Below are positions 25,379 through 39,357 of a stretch of DNA of 64,000 nucleotides, in pieces. Source of the stretch: Octopus vulgaris (lineage: Eukaryota); assembly GCA_951406725.2 (NCBI GenBank), contig OX597822.1:111166001-111230000 (forward strand), read 5' to 3'. The translations under genes and the position numbers were made by a program. Under the pieces are notes generated by a model, which made no database searches, had not been told where the DNA came from, and saw nothing but the letters and a program-made list of their open reading frames with translations. Each line of letters starts with the position of its first letter. Positions within the stretch are counted from its first letter, which is position 1.

Positions 25379-26404
25379 CTTGTGATCATGCTGATGATTC
25401 ACCTCCATATAATGATCCACCTCCTCGAAGTCCTCCCCTTTTTTCATCCTCCTCATCCTCCACTGCCTCTTCGTCATTGTTATTGTAATGTCTTCACCGT
25501 CAAGTTTGTCATCATTGTTACCATGTGGTCTACTTTCAAATATTAGTCATCTAAGAGAAATTCTCATATGAAAGGAGATGATATTTGTCAGTTCCCACTC
25601 AGGAATTCCTACAATTCAAGCTGATGGCGTACGTTAACATTATCTACCAGAATTAAATTGAATTTTATGAACTGATCAGCTTGTACGTTATTAAAAAAAA
25701 AAACAGATATATTCATTCTACATCGGTCCAACAAAGATTTCGATATGGATTTATACTATAAATTGCAATTACTGAATCTGTGATAGTAAATCTCGACCAT
25801 TTTAAACGTCCACAGATTTATTAAGACAGCTGTCCTGGAAATTCCACTGTAACTAAGTATCTCCCATGTAATATAATCATTTATTTAAACAATATGGTAC
25901 TTCAGCAGTCTTCTGCAAGTTCAAATATATATTTTTTTTTAATCAGAAAACGTCGATTACTTCCTTACGTACAAATATAACATTTTTTTTTTTCGTAGAA
26001 AGAAAGGATTTGTCTTCGTTTTTCACTTTCTTCCAGACATTATTGGAACATATAGCAGTGGGATTGTGAATTTACCGTGGACCATTTGCCAGCTTTCGGG
26101 GAAAAAATATTGCTTGCTGCATCGAATTGAAGAGGATTCAATTTTATGATGCAGAGAAAAATAAGGCTAAGTTTCTCGCATATTTCCATCAAAGACTGTT
26201 ATTAGTGCCCTTATTCAAATTGTCTTCCTGATGTACATTTAAATTTCAAATGTAAAATATTTCGTTCATACCAAAATGTTATGTTGATTGAGTAGATTTA
26301 TGGTAAATGATATTCAATCTTAGAACACCTTTTCTTTTTAGAGTACTTGTGTACCGTAGTCTATATTGCCCAACGTATCTTTTCTTAAAACAATACTCTG
26401 TGAG

Positions 26405-26790
26405 TGTGGAGGCGCAATGGCCCAGTGGTTAGGGCAGCGGACTCGCGGTCGTAGGATCGCGGTTTCGATTCCCAGACCGGGCGTTGTGAGTGTTTATTGA
26501 GCGAAAACACCTAAAAGCTCCACGAGGCTCCGGCAGGGGATGGTGGTGATCCCTGCTGTACTCTTTCACCACAACTTTCTCTCACTCTTACTTCCTGTTT
26601 CCGTTGTACCTGTATTTCAAAGGGCCGGCCTTGTCACTCTCTGTGTCACGCTGAATATCCCCGAGAACTACGTTAAGGGTACACGTGTCTGTGGAGTGCT
26701 CAGCCACTTACACGTTAATTTCACGAGCAGGCTGTTCCGTTGATTCGGATCAACCGGAACCCTCGTCGTCGTAACCGACGGAGTGCTTCC
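26405..26790 (+). mobile_element. SINE family C variant (different head and middle, same tail)
   Basis: 10-bp TSD ACTCTGTGAG (26395-26404 and 26791-26800). Confidence 0.92.
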
Positions 26791-28042
26791 ACTCTGTGAG
26801 CTGAAAGTTAGTTTAGCCTGCCTAGATGGTCTCCTATTGGGTGGGTAGAATAGATTGAAATATACTTCAACAAGGATGATTTTTGCCCATGCAGAAGACA
26901 ATAGTAAATAATTCAGCTTGCTGAAATGAGAGTAAATATAAAGTCATTAGAAAATGTTTCTGTCGTCTCTTACTTTCCTGAGATTTGGAATATGCTTGAG
27001 AGAATTAACATTAATGCTTTCTTGGCGTTATTGCGTTCTTGATAAAACAGACATCTGATTTTACGATTCTAAACTGAAATTGAGTATTTCCCTTGCTTAA
27101 TAAATATGCTATTTACAAGAGAAGACTATATACACATTCATAGAACGTAATATTTGAAAAGTATAAAGATTGTCTCACATTATCATATCTCTCTATCCAC
27201 AAAACCTGGGTCACTCGTGGCCTGTGACAAAAGCAACTACATTTAGCACAAAACGTCTTTCCCACAAATAGTAGCACAACCAATCACTTTGCAAGGAAAA
27301 TATTAAAAAAAATTATATAACAACCACTAAAATATGATATCATCCATTCCCTTGAATTAGTATAGACTAGGGAGTTTGCTTATCTCTTCCACTGGTAGGC
27401 ATGTGTCATGCAATTATTTGACTTAAGTAAGATATACATGTTTAAAAGATACACCATCTTTCTGAGTAGTTGAAGTCCAACTGTATTAAACAAAATTCCA
27501 ACACAGTGTTATAAATCATATCAAGAGCAATACAAGGGTCTGAGAATTACACACTGTTCTAAGTAAATATTCTGTTTCGGTATAGGTATCTGTTCTAGTG
27601 TAATCATAGGGTTTTTCGTGTTTGGTTAGACGTATGATCAAAGAGGGTCAAATTATGGCCATCACTTAAGTTTTGGTATAATTTACATTACATCATGATA
27701 TTTAATGCTTTCCTCTTTAAATATACATATTATGTTTTGAGCGAGATTTGGTTGCAGTTTCTAGCTAGCCAAGGGATCGACCGTATACAGGCACACTTGA
27801 TTACGTGGAGAGCCAAACAGGATGGCTAAAATAAAGCCTAGAAAGGTGGTCTTGATTAAATTGAGGTAGTAGCATGCAGTTAAAAAGTTATAGATATTAT
27901 AAATTTGTGGTCACAGTAGCAAGTGTCTCTTCCTATTCAAATATATCTCTCCAATTTTCTGCTAACACCAAATATCACAGGATTTTTGAAATGAAATTCA
28001 TTTCATTTAACCAAGGCAAAATATTAGGTTTCTTTCCAACAG

Positions 28043-28046
<4 letters not shown>

Positions 28047-28137
<91 letters not shown>
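28047..28137. repeat. (CT)n microsatellite
   Basis: Direct inspection. Confidence 0.97.
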
Positions 28138-28138
<1 letters not shown>

Positions 28139-28462
28139 AGTATATCTATACAATAAGATATGCAAAAAGGTAAAATAAAGAAATGAGGTATATTTCTGGC
28201 AATTTCAGGCGCTATTTTACACCCTCATTCATTAATTTTACCGTTTTGGTTGCCGATTGTGCGAAAAAGAATACAAGAGTCACGGAATGGAGTTTGTGAA
28301 ATGCAGCTTACATATGTTTCATAGCAAGTGGCACCTCAGAAGTAGTAAAAGTCAATTGAGTTGTATACCGCCAGTTACTCTTCAGACCAATGCTATCTCG
28401 ATTAGATTAAAGGCCACATTGTCGCAAGGAGTTAAATGTTGGCGCAATGATTCAATCAATAT

Positions 28463-28842
28463 AAGGCGGCAAGCTGACAGAAATGCGTAGCGGTATTTCG
28501 TCTGCCGTTACGTTCTGAGTTCAAATTCCGCCGAGGTTGACTTTGCCTTTCATCCTTTCGGGGTCGATAAATTAAGTACCAGTTACGCACTGGGGTCGAT
28601 GTAATCGACTTAATCCCTTTGTCTGTCCTTGTTTGTCCTCTCTGTGTTCAGCCCCTTGTGGGTAGTAAAGAAATAAGTATTTCGTCTGTCTTTACTTTCT
28701 GAATTCAAATTCCGCCGAGGTCTACTTTGCCTTTCATCCTTTCGGGGTCCATAAATTAAGTACCAGTTGCGTACTGGAGTCGATCTAATTGACTGGCCCC
28801 CTCCCTTAAAATTTTTGGCCCTGTGCCTAGAGTAGAAAAGAA
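28463..28842 (+). mobile_element. SINE family A tandem dimer
   Basis: Second unit starts at the internal GTATTTCGTC directly after the first tail. Confidence 0.85.
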
Positions 28843-28886
28843 TATATATACAAACATGCGTACAGATATACACACGCATATATTCA

Positions 28887-28960
<74 letters not shown>

Positions 28961-29971
28961 AGTTGTTATCTATATGTGCCTGCGTCTTTGTATGTTCTTG
29001 CGTGCATCTGTGAAACAGCTATTTATTTCTAAAAGCCCCATTTACATAGATATTTTGTGAATAAATAATGCTCTATTGTTCACATTTATCGTACCTTAAT
29101 GCTTTTCATTCTAGCATTAAACATGTCTCTGGGGTAACTACTGGAACAAACTTCAATGTAGTATCACATTATAGCTAGTAATAATGGTACTACTATTCGT
29201 TAGTAAATAGTAATGACGAATAGATGTCAAACTTCTATCGAATAACAGGGATGATAACATTTTAAACGTTTTTGCTTCTGTCGCAATCTCACTGCGTTGT
29301 ATTATTTAATTTTATAAGTTCGAATACAACCAAGAGCATGTAACTCGAGAATACATTTCTTTTGAGAATTATATCTCATGTGTAAGGAGATATTACTGAA
29401 CTTGCAGTGTTGTGGCTAGAATAGGTTGAGAGATGTAGAACTCAAAATCAATTACACAAATGACGATGGTATTGCATAGAAATGTTATCGATTCTAGCTA
29501 CCGTTGTCTACACCGTTGTGCACCCTGCAACCTACCGAAGAATACAATATAATATACCCATTCATTCCATTATAACATGTATCTCTTATCATGAACTTAC
29601 TATTTAAATGATGTGTTATTAACCAGTGTAAGTAGTAAGCTCACGGATTGTTGGTTCACAAAACTAAAAGATGAGTAATTCAACTACAGAACATTTCAAC
29701 AAACTTGGCTACCTGCCTGACTACATACAAGCACTCACCCCCCCCCCCCACACACACACAAACTCATGCATATGTGTGTGTGTGTATGGATGTGTGTGTG
29801 TCTATGTGTGTGTGTGTGTGTGTGTGGTTCCTCTTCTAAGTTGTAGCGAATCTCCACAAGCGGGAGAACAAACAGCTGGAAAATGTAACTGTTTCAATTC
29901 CATCGATTTAGCAGTATACACACACACACTCACACACACACACACACCAACATATACACACACACACACAA

Positions 29972-30002
<31 letters not shown>

Positions 30003-30043
30003 TACATATAATCAAAATAAGCAACAAGGATATCCAAGGTAGA

Positions 30044-30129
30044 GTAGTACAATTGTTTCATGCTACTTCATTTTATTAAGCACTGTAAGTATTAAATCAG
30101 TTTTAAAATGTCGAGCAATCTTCAGCCAC
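30044..30129 (-). ncRNA. Type-I hammerhead motif with a long stem II insert
   Basis: GTGG-CTGAAGA-TTGCT..AGCAT-GAAA-CAATTG-TA-CTAC. Confidence 0.62.
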
Positions 30130-30255
30130 ATATAGAATTTTCCAATTAAAGGGACAATGCACATTCTTATCCCAATTTCATTTGCCAACATTATAAAGAG
30201 GGTAGATATATAGGCAGAGAGGTTGATTTCATCCTTAAGAACATGATAGTGTTCT

Positions 30256-30301
<46 letters not shown>

Positions 30302-30442
30302 CCTGCTCGCTTAGCGTCATTTGAAGGCTAAAACTCTGGGAAGCGCATTGTGATCAGCGATTCTGTAGCAACAACTAATAGCCTGGTCGGTCACGGTGAT
30401 CACGGTGATTTATATATATATATCTATCTATCTATCTATCTA

Positions 30443-30526
<84 letters not shown>

Positions 30527-31382
30527 TATATGCATATATATATGCTAGCAGTAATAGCCGTCGTTGATCGGCTAATTACTTTTACTCATCCGCTGGATCT
30601 ACATTTTTTCATCCCACAGGGTGTCCAATAGACACCATCCTCAGCAAGCAAGCTTGGTGGGGTTGCCGATTTAGTCGCCGACGGCCCGACCATGCAACAG
30701 TTTGTACTGGGTTACATGTTACCAGTAGCACTGGAAAGTGACCTGACATATACACATATATATATACACTTACATACATATATATATACGTAAAGCTAGA
30801 ACATCCCAATGCTACATATATATATCTCAACATATGTAAAGATGAGCCACATTTGGAATAAAGAATTCAAATTCTCCACTTTACCTTCAATAAATAAGGA
30901 TAAAAAGGGGTGGGGAAGAGAGGAAGAAAGCAAAATGACTTTCAGTGATGACGAAAGAACACCTGTTTTTTTTGAAGAGGTCACCATTCTTAAACCTATT
31001 CCAATACACTGGTAAAAGACGAAATAAATAAATAAATGGATGAATAGTGAATAGGAAAGTGGATACCTCTTCTCTCTCTCTCTCTTTCCCTCTACCCATT
31101 TGTCTATGTATCTATCTATCTACAACCTCTCTACCTACCTATATTTCTATCTATTCATCTCTATTGTCATGGAACCTCACGTCCCCACAAAACAAAAACA
31201 AAAACAATGTTCTCTTCTAAACAAAACCCCCAAAACGACTTTTTTATATAAATGAACCAGCTGTTTGTATATTCACAAAATTTTATTTGACAAGTTCTAG
31301 AAAGGAAGGAACGAAAGCATTAATAATAATGAAGAAATAAAAGGATTTTTTCTCAAAATTCTAACGACTTTTTTCTTAGTAT

Positions 31383-31413
<31 letters not shown>

Positions 31414-31416
31414 GAT

Positions 31417-31607
31417 AGGGAGAGATTACGAAAAAACCAAAAGACGAAGACAGGTGGTGTACAAATCAAACAGATGTATTAGTATAACGCTCAGGAATAG
31501 AAAAAGTCTTTCACGTTTCGAGCCTACGCTCTTCTACAGAAAGGGACACAGAAAAAAACAAGGAGAGAACAAAAATGTGTGTAGTGGTTAACGATCGATC
31601 ATGGCGA
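31417..31607 (-). mobile_element. Family D unit; hammerhead-like motif at 31508-31543 (GUG triplet, likely inactive)
   Basis: CTTT-CTGTAGAA-GAGCGTAGGCTC-GAAA-CG-TG-AAAG. Confidence 0.75.
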
Positions 31608-31694
31608 TTATATACACCCCAAATACATACCTGTTAGGGTTAGGGTGGTAAGCCTATAATAAAAAAAGAACGCATATAGTTTATTTATATCTTA

Positions 31695-32089
31695 CTAGCA
31701 GTATCGCCCAGCGTTGCTCGGGTTTGTAAGGGAAATAACTATATAAGCATTTTTAGAGATGTAAAGTATAGTAGCCATCTTAATATGGCTAACCACAAAG
31801 GCAGGGGGTTACTGTAGTTTTTTACGTTCTGAGATTTAATAATACATTTTTAGAGAGTTACTTCCCTTATATAATAGAAAAGATTGCATTAAAAATGGGA
31901 AAAGTTATGGTAATTTTTTTTAAATCGTAGACTCATCCTAGATGCGTGCTAATACGCAGAAGGGCTCGATATGAATCACGACTATAAGATACCCGCTTTT
32001 GGTTACACTGCAGCGCAAAATGTGGGAGTAGTTAAGAATCTAAATCGTAGGAGACAGACAGCACACAACCTTATTTTTATATATAAAGA
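31695..32089 (-). mobile_element. Non-autonomous Helitron
   Basis: Reverse complement of the 14575 family with TC and CTAG ends. Confidence 0.88.
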
Positions 32090-32138
32090 TTTTCTGTCAC
32101 TAGACAGAACACGCAGAGAGAAAAACATACACACTCAT

Positions 32139-32173
<35 letters not shown>

Positions 32174-32771
32174 TATATTTTCAAACGATATTTATGAGCA
32201 AGCGGCACCATTTTAGGTGTTAGAACAACTGATATAAATGTATTTGTTTGATAACCAGCAATCTTTACTGAATATCACTGGCGCTTGTAGGTAACACAAA
32301 TTTAAAACGGTCGAAAAATTCCAAATTTGTGAATAACTGCCCGTGTGTATATGTGCGTATACTGTATATTTATATGGATGTCCACGTTAGTGTATGATTT
32401 AAACACGTCCGAGACGCTAATTTTAGCCGGTTCAAAAATATACATATATAACAACACACACACATACAAACTCATTGTTGCACAGTTATACACACACACA
32501 CGTACACCTATACACACATCACACGGCCAAACGCACACACAAACACACACATATCTATTTATATAAATGTCTATTGCCATTAAATATCCACTCCTAAATC
32601 TATTCATTTTTATATGAAACGTATGTATGTTTATACAGACTCATTCATACTCAGACATACATAGGTGTGTATGTGTGTGTGTGAGAGAGTATAAGTACAT
32701 TATAGATATATACTTTCATATTCAAATATATATATGTACATACGTACATATATATATATATATATATGTAC

Positions 32772-32896
<125 letters not shown>

Positions 32897-32967
32897 TTAC
32901 AAACACATATACACACACATATAAGTGCATCTTCATTCAAAAATGTACATATGTACATATATATATG

Positions 32968-33055
<88 letters not shown>

Positions 33056-34032
33056 TACAAACACATATGTTAACTGCATCTTCATTCAAAAATGTTTTTT
33101 TTTTCTTCTTGGTTAGTCGCTGTTAACAAAGACTGTTTGTTTTTGTTTAAAGAAGTATAACATGCACAGCCATAACTTAGAATAGGTCTAGTCAAGCGAT
33201 AATCTTAATTTCTGATAACGAAACCAAGTAATATCTTGCAGAACCTAGCAATAACTTTTGTTTTATTTCCTTTTTTTTTACATCAGCATCATCATCATCA
33301 CCATCACCACCACCACCACCGCCACCACCAACACTACCAACATGGCTTTGATTCGTACACGAAGTTTCCAGTCGTGTCCACGTCTATTTCAGGTTTACAT
33401 TTTTATTGTTGGAATCAGTAAATGTAACGCATGCCCTTTCAGCAGCTGGAGAGAAATTCTCAGCTCTTCAGCTATGGTCTATTGCCGTGAAGACCAACCT
33501 TGCGTGTATTCCCGAGGGAAGAAACAAACTCTCGGATGAATACTCTCAGACCTATTATCAAATTTTAGTTTAGAATACCTTTCATTATCAATTTTACAGA
33601 CACCTTGGAAATACTCGAGAGGATCCGTCTTTCATCCTCGGTGTCTTTCTGTCACGCTGAACACTAGAGAGATCGTCATACAAGCAAATGCGGGCAGGTA
33701 ATAATTATGCATGCTTGAAATTTGTCCTACCTAGATTTGCTTAGTCCTAATCCTTTATGAAGACGATGCAAGTAAAGCACTCTTAGTTTTAACTGCCTGC
33801 ATGTTGGTGATGAAGTCATTCAACTGCACGTCGAAAGTGGTGTCAAGACAGATCTGGTGAAAGCATTCAAGAATATAGTCAGTGGGAGCTTAAACGCTGT
33901 TACGTGTGGTTTTCCCGAGATGCTGTTTCTGATTATTTTCTTTTCTCAAGGCCTCTTCCTCGTCATGAAATGGATACATACTACAGCATAACGCCACAGA
34001 AACATTCAAATTATCACACTGAATGTCCGTAC

Positions 34033-34250
34033 ACGATTTCAAATTTTATCACAACGTCAGCATTTTCGGGGCGAGGGGAGTAAGTCGATTACATCGACCC
34101 CAGTGCTCAACTTCTACATATTTTATTGAACCAGAAATAAATGAAAGGGAAAGTCGATCTTGGCAGAATTTGAACTCAGGACGTAAATACGGATTAAATG
34201 CCGCTAAGTATCTTGCTCGGCGTTCTAACGAGTCTCTTGCGCGCAGCCCT
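34033..34250 (-). mobile_element. Diverged SINE family A
   Basis: gtcgattacatcgaccccagtg...gaatttgaactcag. Confidence 0.7.
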
Positions 34251-35796
34251 TAACTGCTCGTACGTGATAAACCAACTTCAAACCTATAGAGTTTTATAGA
34301 GTGCCCTAGAGTACTACACTATCCTAAATAGATATTCTGTCTGAATGAGCCATGACAAATATAAGGAATACTACATACAGAAAAAGCTGTAAAGTAAGTA
34401 GACTGCCGCGTCTAGCACACTGAGCTAATACGCACAGAAACAAGAATAATATTTGAGAATAAGGACTTGAACGCATTGACTGAGCTTATTTTGCACGCTT
34501 CCGTAACACTGTTGCAATTATCACAGTTTATGGATTGCATAAATAGATTGGAGATTATGTGAATGCAATGTATTTAGAAGTACACTGCGCTAAATACACT
34601 AGCCACTGCATTACTGAGTGTTATGTTTTTAAGTAAGAGGAGATGAAAGAAAGAGGAAGTCCTAAAAAATTGCTGGCTTTTAGGGTGTTGCAAAACGCCT
34701 GGTTGGAGACCCAACATTCTGAGTTCATTTACAGAGCGTAGGAAAACTGAAGGACCGCTGCCATAAGCGTGTGTCTTAACCGGAAATATGTTGAATAAAA
34801 TCTTAATTAATTACTCCTCCTGTATTTTCTTTTATCCGCTGTCAGGAAGTTTTCAGCATCCACTCGTATAGGTGGCAACACATCGAACGATCCGTGACCT
34901 GTGGGGGACAAGACTGCTCGACTAGTTCTGACTAGTCTTGATCACACGACTACAAAGACATAAAACCACGAGCTGTATTACACGTAAGAATACATTGGTG
35001 TACTCCAGGCACTGATAGCATTCATAACTTAGCATGTCGCATGGTGAAATAGAACCAGAAACGAGGTTGTTTCAAGGTAAAGTCTTTGTCAGGTAGCGAT
35101 GCTTGCATACTTTAGTATTAATTATGAAAAGAAAAGCAAAACTAATGAATATTTTCTTCGAAGTGCAGCTCACGGAAATAGATATCATTAGATCGAAATA
35201 TATAGAGTTAAAAATTTTAAAAGAGACAAATATGGTGGCATGTAAGTATTAGTTATCACACACACAGATACATATACACACACTCGCTCACAAATACATA
35301 TTCGCATTATGAATCGCTATTATGTGGTTATATATTTCAACTGTAATAGAAAATGTTCCTAAATTATTGATTTATTAAAATAGGCAATAACACCAAAAAT
35401 ATCTATATAAAATAAAAGCCATACAAATGGGTGAAGTTTCATTTACCGTGATGTTGGTGAACATCATTGTTGAACCGAACATTTGTAGATTAAAAGAAAA
35501 AAACAAAACAGAAACGATCATTTGATATTTCTAGTAAAGTTGATTATTTTCCCCAACCTACACAGACTGTCGAAATCATTTGATATTATCAATGCTGTTA
35601 CATTTTCAACATGGAAATAAACGTACTCTACCGTATTTTTTAAATATCAATTTCGAAAGGAAATGTCTAAATTTCAAAATTATCTTGTAGGTATTACTCT
35701 TAAATGTCACTCCAAAAATTGTAAATCTCATTATATTATTCGAGTGAAAGTCTAGAAGTATATGCGATCAAATGTAGAAGTTGTGAGATTCTAAAG

Positions 35797-35865
<69 letters not shown>

Positions 35866-35889
35866 ACACACACATATTGCATATGTATA

Positions 35890-36410
35890 CAGGGTACTCA
35901 AGCTAAATTTGACGATTCTATGTCTCGTGTTTTCAGAAACAGCTTGATGTATTGATGAACAATGAATGGCGTCGGAGAGTATAAATATTAAAAATGTATT
36001 TGAGAAAAAGCTGGTTGAGGTGGACGGCTTGAAGCTATCTCAATATTGGAAAAAATTACCTGTAACATGATGATTCATGTCGGATATTAAAACACCCGCA
36101 TCATGACTGTTCATCACTGCCCCTTGAACAATGTAAAGGCTGTGAGACGTGACATAGGTAGCTGGAACGGGCACTACAAAACTGTAGCGCAGCAAGCGCT
36201 CTGAAAGCGTTCGAGGACCAGAATTCATCACACTTTTGAACAGAGACTTCGACTCAATTCAGACGGCTCTGTGGAGCTTCTGTGGCTGTGATCAAACTCT
36301 GTCTGGAGAGCGTTGCTGCAGGACGGCCATATGTTTGGCAGCAGGATTCCGATCCTTGCCATTCATGCGGAAAGGGTCAGGAATGGTTGTCGAAGAGAGT
36401 AATAGTGTAA
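35890..36410 (+). pseudogene. Tc1/mariner (maT/DD37D-like) decayed fragment with left end TA|CAGGGT
   Basis: LRLNSDGSVELL..VIKLCLESVAAGRPYVWQQDSDPCHSCGKGQEWLS (QQD-x-AP-x-H motif). Confidence 0.72.
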
Positions 36411-36619
36411 AGGTTAAAGCAAACTAATGGTTAGCCACATCACCTTTTGCAACGTCGAATATTCGGCCTTACGTTCATCAACTACACTATCGTTGTTACG
36501 AACAATACCGATTTCGATCTGGTATATTTCCCATTTTTAAAGGTGTATCCTTTAACTAGTTTTCATTATATTGTTATTTCTGTTCCATTTTAACAAAGCT
36601 GTCCGACGAACGGAAAAGT

Positions 36620-36678
<59 letters not shown>

Positions 36679-36693
36679 TGTATGTATGTATGT

Positions 36694-36732
<39 letters not shown>

Positions 36733-36742
36733 TATATATATG

Positions 36743-36826
36743 CAAGGAGTGTATGAAAAGTCTTGCGCCTCAAAAAAAAGACATGGTGCAAGACTTCAAG
36801 GCTCAAAAGTTTTCATACACCCCTAG
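36743..36826. mobile_element. 84-bp mariner-type mini-MITE in (TA)n
   Basis: About 28-bp imperfect TIRs CAAGGAGTGTATGAAAAGTCTTGCGCCT. Confidence 0.55.
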
Positions 36827-36871
36827 TGTATATATGTATATATGACTCTCTGTCTGTCTGCCTGTCTGCCT

Positions 36872-36967
<96 letters not shown>

Positions 36968-39319
36968 ATGTATATCTCTCTACCTAAAATGTCGTAAGCG
37001 TGAGACACCTCAAACGAGATAAAATAAACAGACATTATTATCAACTAATGCACATAAACAATATGTTAGGCGACACTGAAGTTATCCTCTTCCCCATAGG
37101 GACGAAGAGTTATTCATATTCATATTATTATGTGTAAGAATATCCGTCTTCTGCTATCTAATGATATTTGTTGTGTAGAATATTTCTAGAGGGTTTTATA
37201 ACTGCCTAAGAAGCATTGCAAAATGGTAATTGAGTTCAGTAGAAAAGCTTTGTTATATTTATGAAGAACTGGGATCCTTACTTTAGAAAACGTTACCATA
37301 TGAAAATCTTCGAGCTCTGCCAACCTGAGTTTCCGTAGAAAGCACTTCTTACAAGAGAACAATATTTAAGTGCCTTGGAATCACACTATTCACATGTATT
37401 TATTATCTAGCAGCATTTTAATTATAAGTCTTTCGTAAATTAGACGAATTTATGGAAATATATTGACGAACGTTCCTGAACACAGAACTAATAAGTCTTT
37501 TCAATCATTTGATACATTCATTTGTCCTTCACATTAAATCTAAGATATTTTGGCAATGATGAAATATTTTGATTTATAAAAAGCGTGTAGAATAGATATT
37601 AGCACTATATCCCCTTCACCTATACTTTTCAGTCGGTCGTTTGACGTATTGTTCACTGAACAAAATTACGCAGCCTATAAACCGGAAAACTCAGTTAGAA
37701 TTGATCTCTCCATTACAAAGCAAGCCTTCGCATTTTATTCCGTATAACATCGACGTCGTTAACTGTCTTGTAACACGATAAGGTTCAATTCGGTCTTCGT
37801 TTTTATCGAAACAGTGCTACTGTTTCATGTCTTCTTTCAGCTTCGTTTTTAGAGTGTGTTTCACAAATGAATATACTAAAATACTTGCACATAATATCAT
37901 CATGTCAAACACAATTTGAATTAGCATTCATAAAATGCATTAATTTCATTTGTTCCCCTCTTAGATATGTTCGTCCTTTTGTTGTTCAGCAGAAGAACAT
38001 TCCATGCTATCAGACCAGAAAGCTATCTTCTTACATTAATTCTGATGTATAGCAGGCTTCTCTAAGAAATTTAATAATCCTGAAGTTAATTCATGCCATT
38101 TTTGTTGACGAGATATACGTACGTGCACGCAAGAATGTAACAGAGGCATATATAAAAACATGGTCAAGTAATTAATACATTAAGTAGCTTTAATAATCAC
38201 GACAATTATCAATATTTAGATTTTACACCGAGGTTCTACCGTGTTTCACGTTACCGTTCCCTGACTAAATGCTTTAAGTAATTAGTTGATAATGCTCCTG
38301 TATATTTGATCAAAAAAGAGGATTACAAATACTGTGATTCTAAAATTTTTTAAAATTAATATTTTTTAAAGTGTTTAACTGTTGACAACGTATTTAGAAA
38401 TAACTCTAGAACTGAAAGAAACAGTGAGATAGAAGCGTAGACGGAAGAAGGGTAAAAGAATGAATGGACAGAGAAATGTGTATAAGAGAAAGGACGTGAG
38501 AAGATACCTCAAGAAATATTAAGAGATACGTTAGATGAAAGAGGGGAGAAAAAAGAAGAGATACGGTTTTATCAGTTCTAAACATTCGCTGAATTAGGAG
38601 AGGAAAAGATACACTTAGCTGCAATATCGCATACGTAACCTTTATCTAAACTGGAGTGGTTACAAGATTATGTCTGTTGTTCATTATATCTGAGTTCAAA
38701 TGAAATCCATGTCCAATTTGTGTTTTATCCTCTCCGGGTTCGACGAATAACATGCCAGTCAAGTACAGGAGTTGATCTTTCTCCCTCTCTGCATCTTTTT
38801 TTCCTCCCTACGGCTCTTTTCCTCTCAGATCATCTTTTCCTCTCTCTCCATCTCTTAGCAGGCTTTGCTGGACTATTAAGACTGTGATGGGGAGCATTCA
38901 CATTCTTGATTTCCTGTAAAAATAAAAGCATTCGGCAAGGGTCCACAGACTGTCGGGGAAAAAGAAAACAAACAAAATATATGTCCTATTAGGACCCATT
39001 AAGGACAATATTTTGTAGAACATGGGAATTCTGCGAAGTATAAGAATAGCATATATATATATATTTATATATTCCAGTATGTTACATTTTAATAATTACT
39101 GGTATCCTTATATATTTTATATGTAAAGCATAATGTGTTATACATGTATCTATATTCTTGTAATTGTCATTTTAGTAATTTTATAAATAAATTGACATAA
39201 TATAATATCTAAAAGTTGATGAACCACCTATTGATCCCCTCCATTTTCTTATTGCTCTCTCGATATATACATATGTTAACGTATATGCAATATGTATCAA
39301 TCTCCCCCTCTCTCTCTCC

Positions 39320-39357
<38 letters not shown>

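Noticed and set aside
31633-31646. TTAGGG x2
   Set aside because: Too short for an interstitial telomeric array
33420-34900. Possible highly decayed RTE LINE pieces (for example RGSPKK near 34650)
   Set aside because: Too degenerate to support
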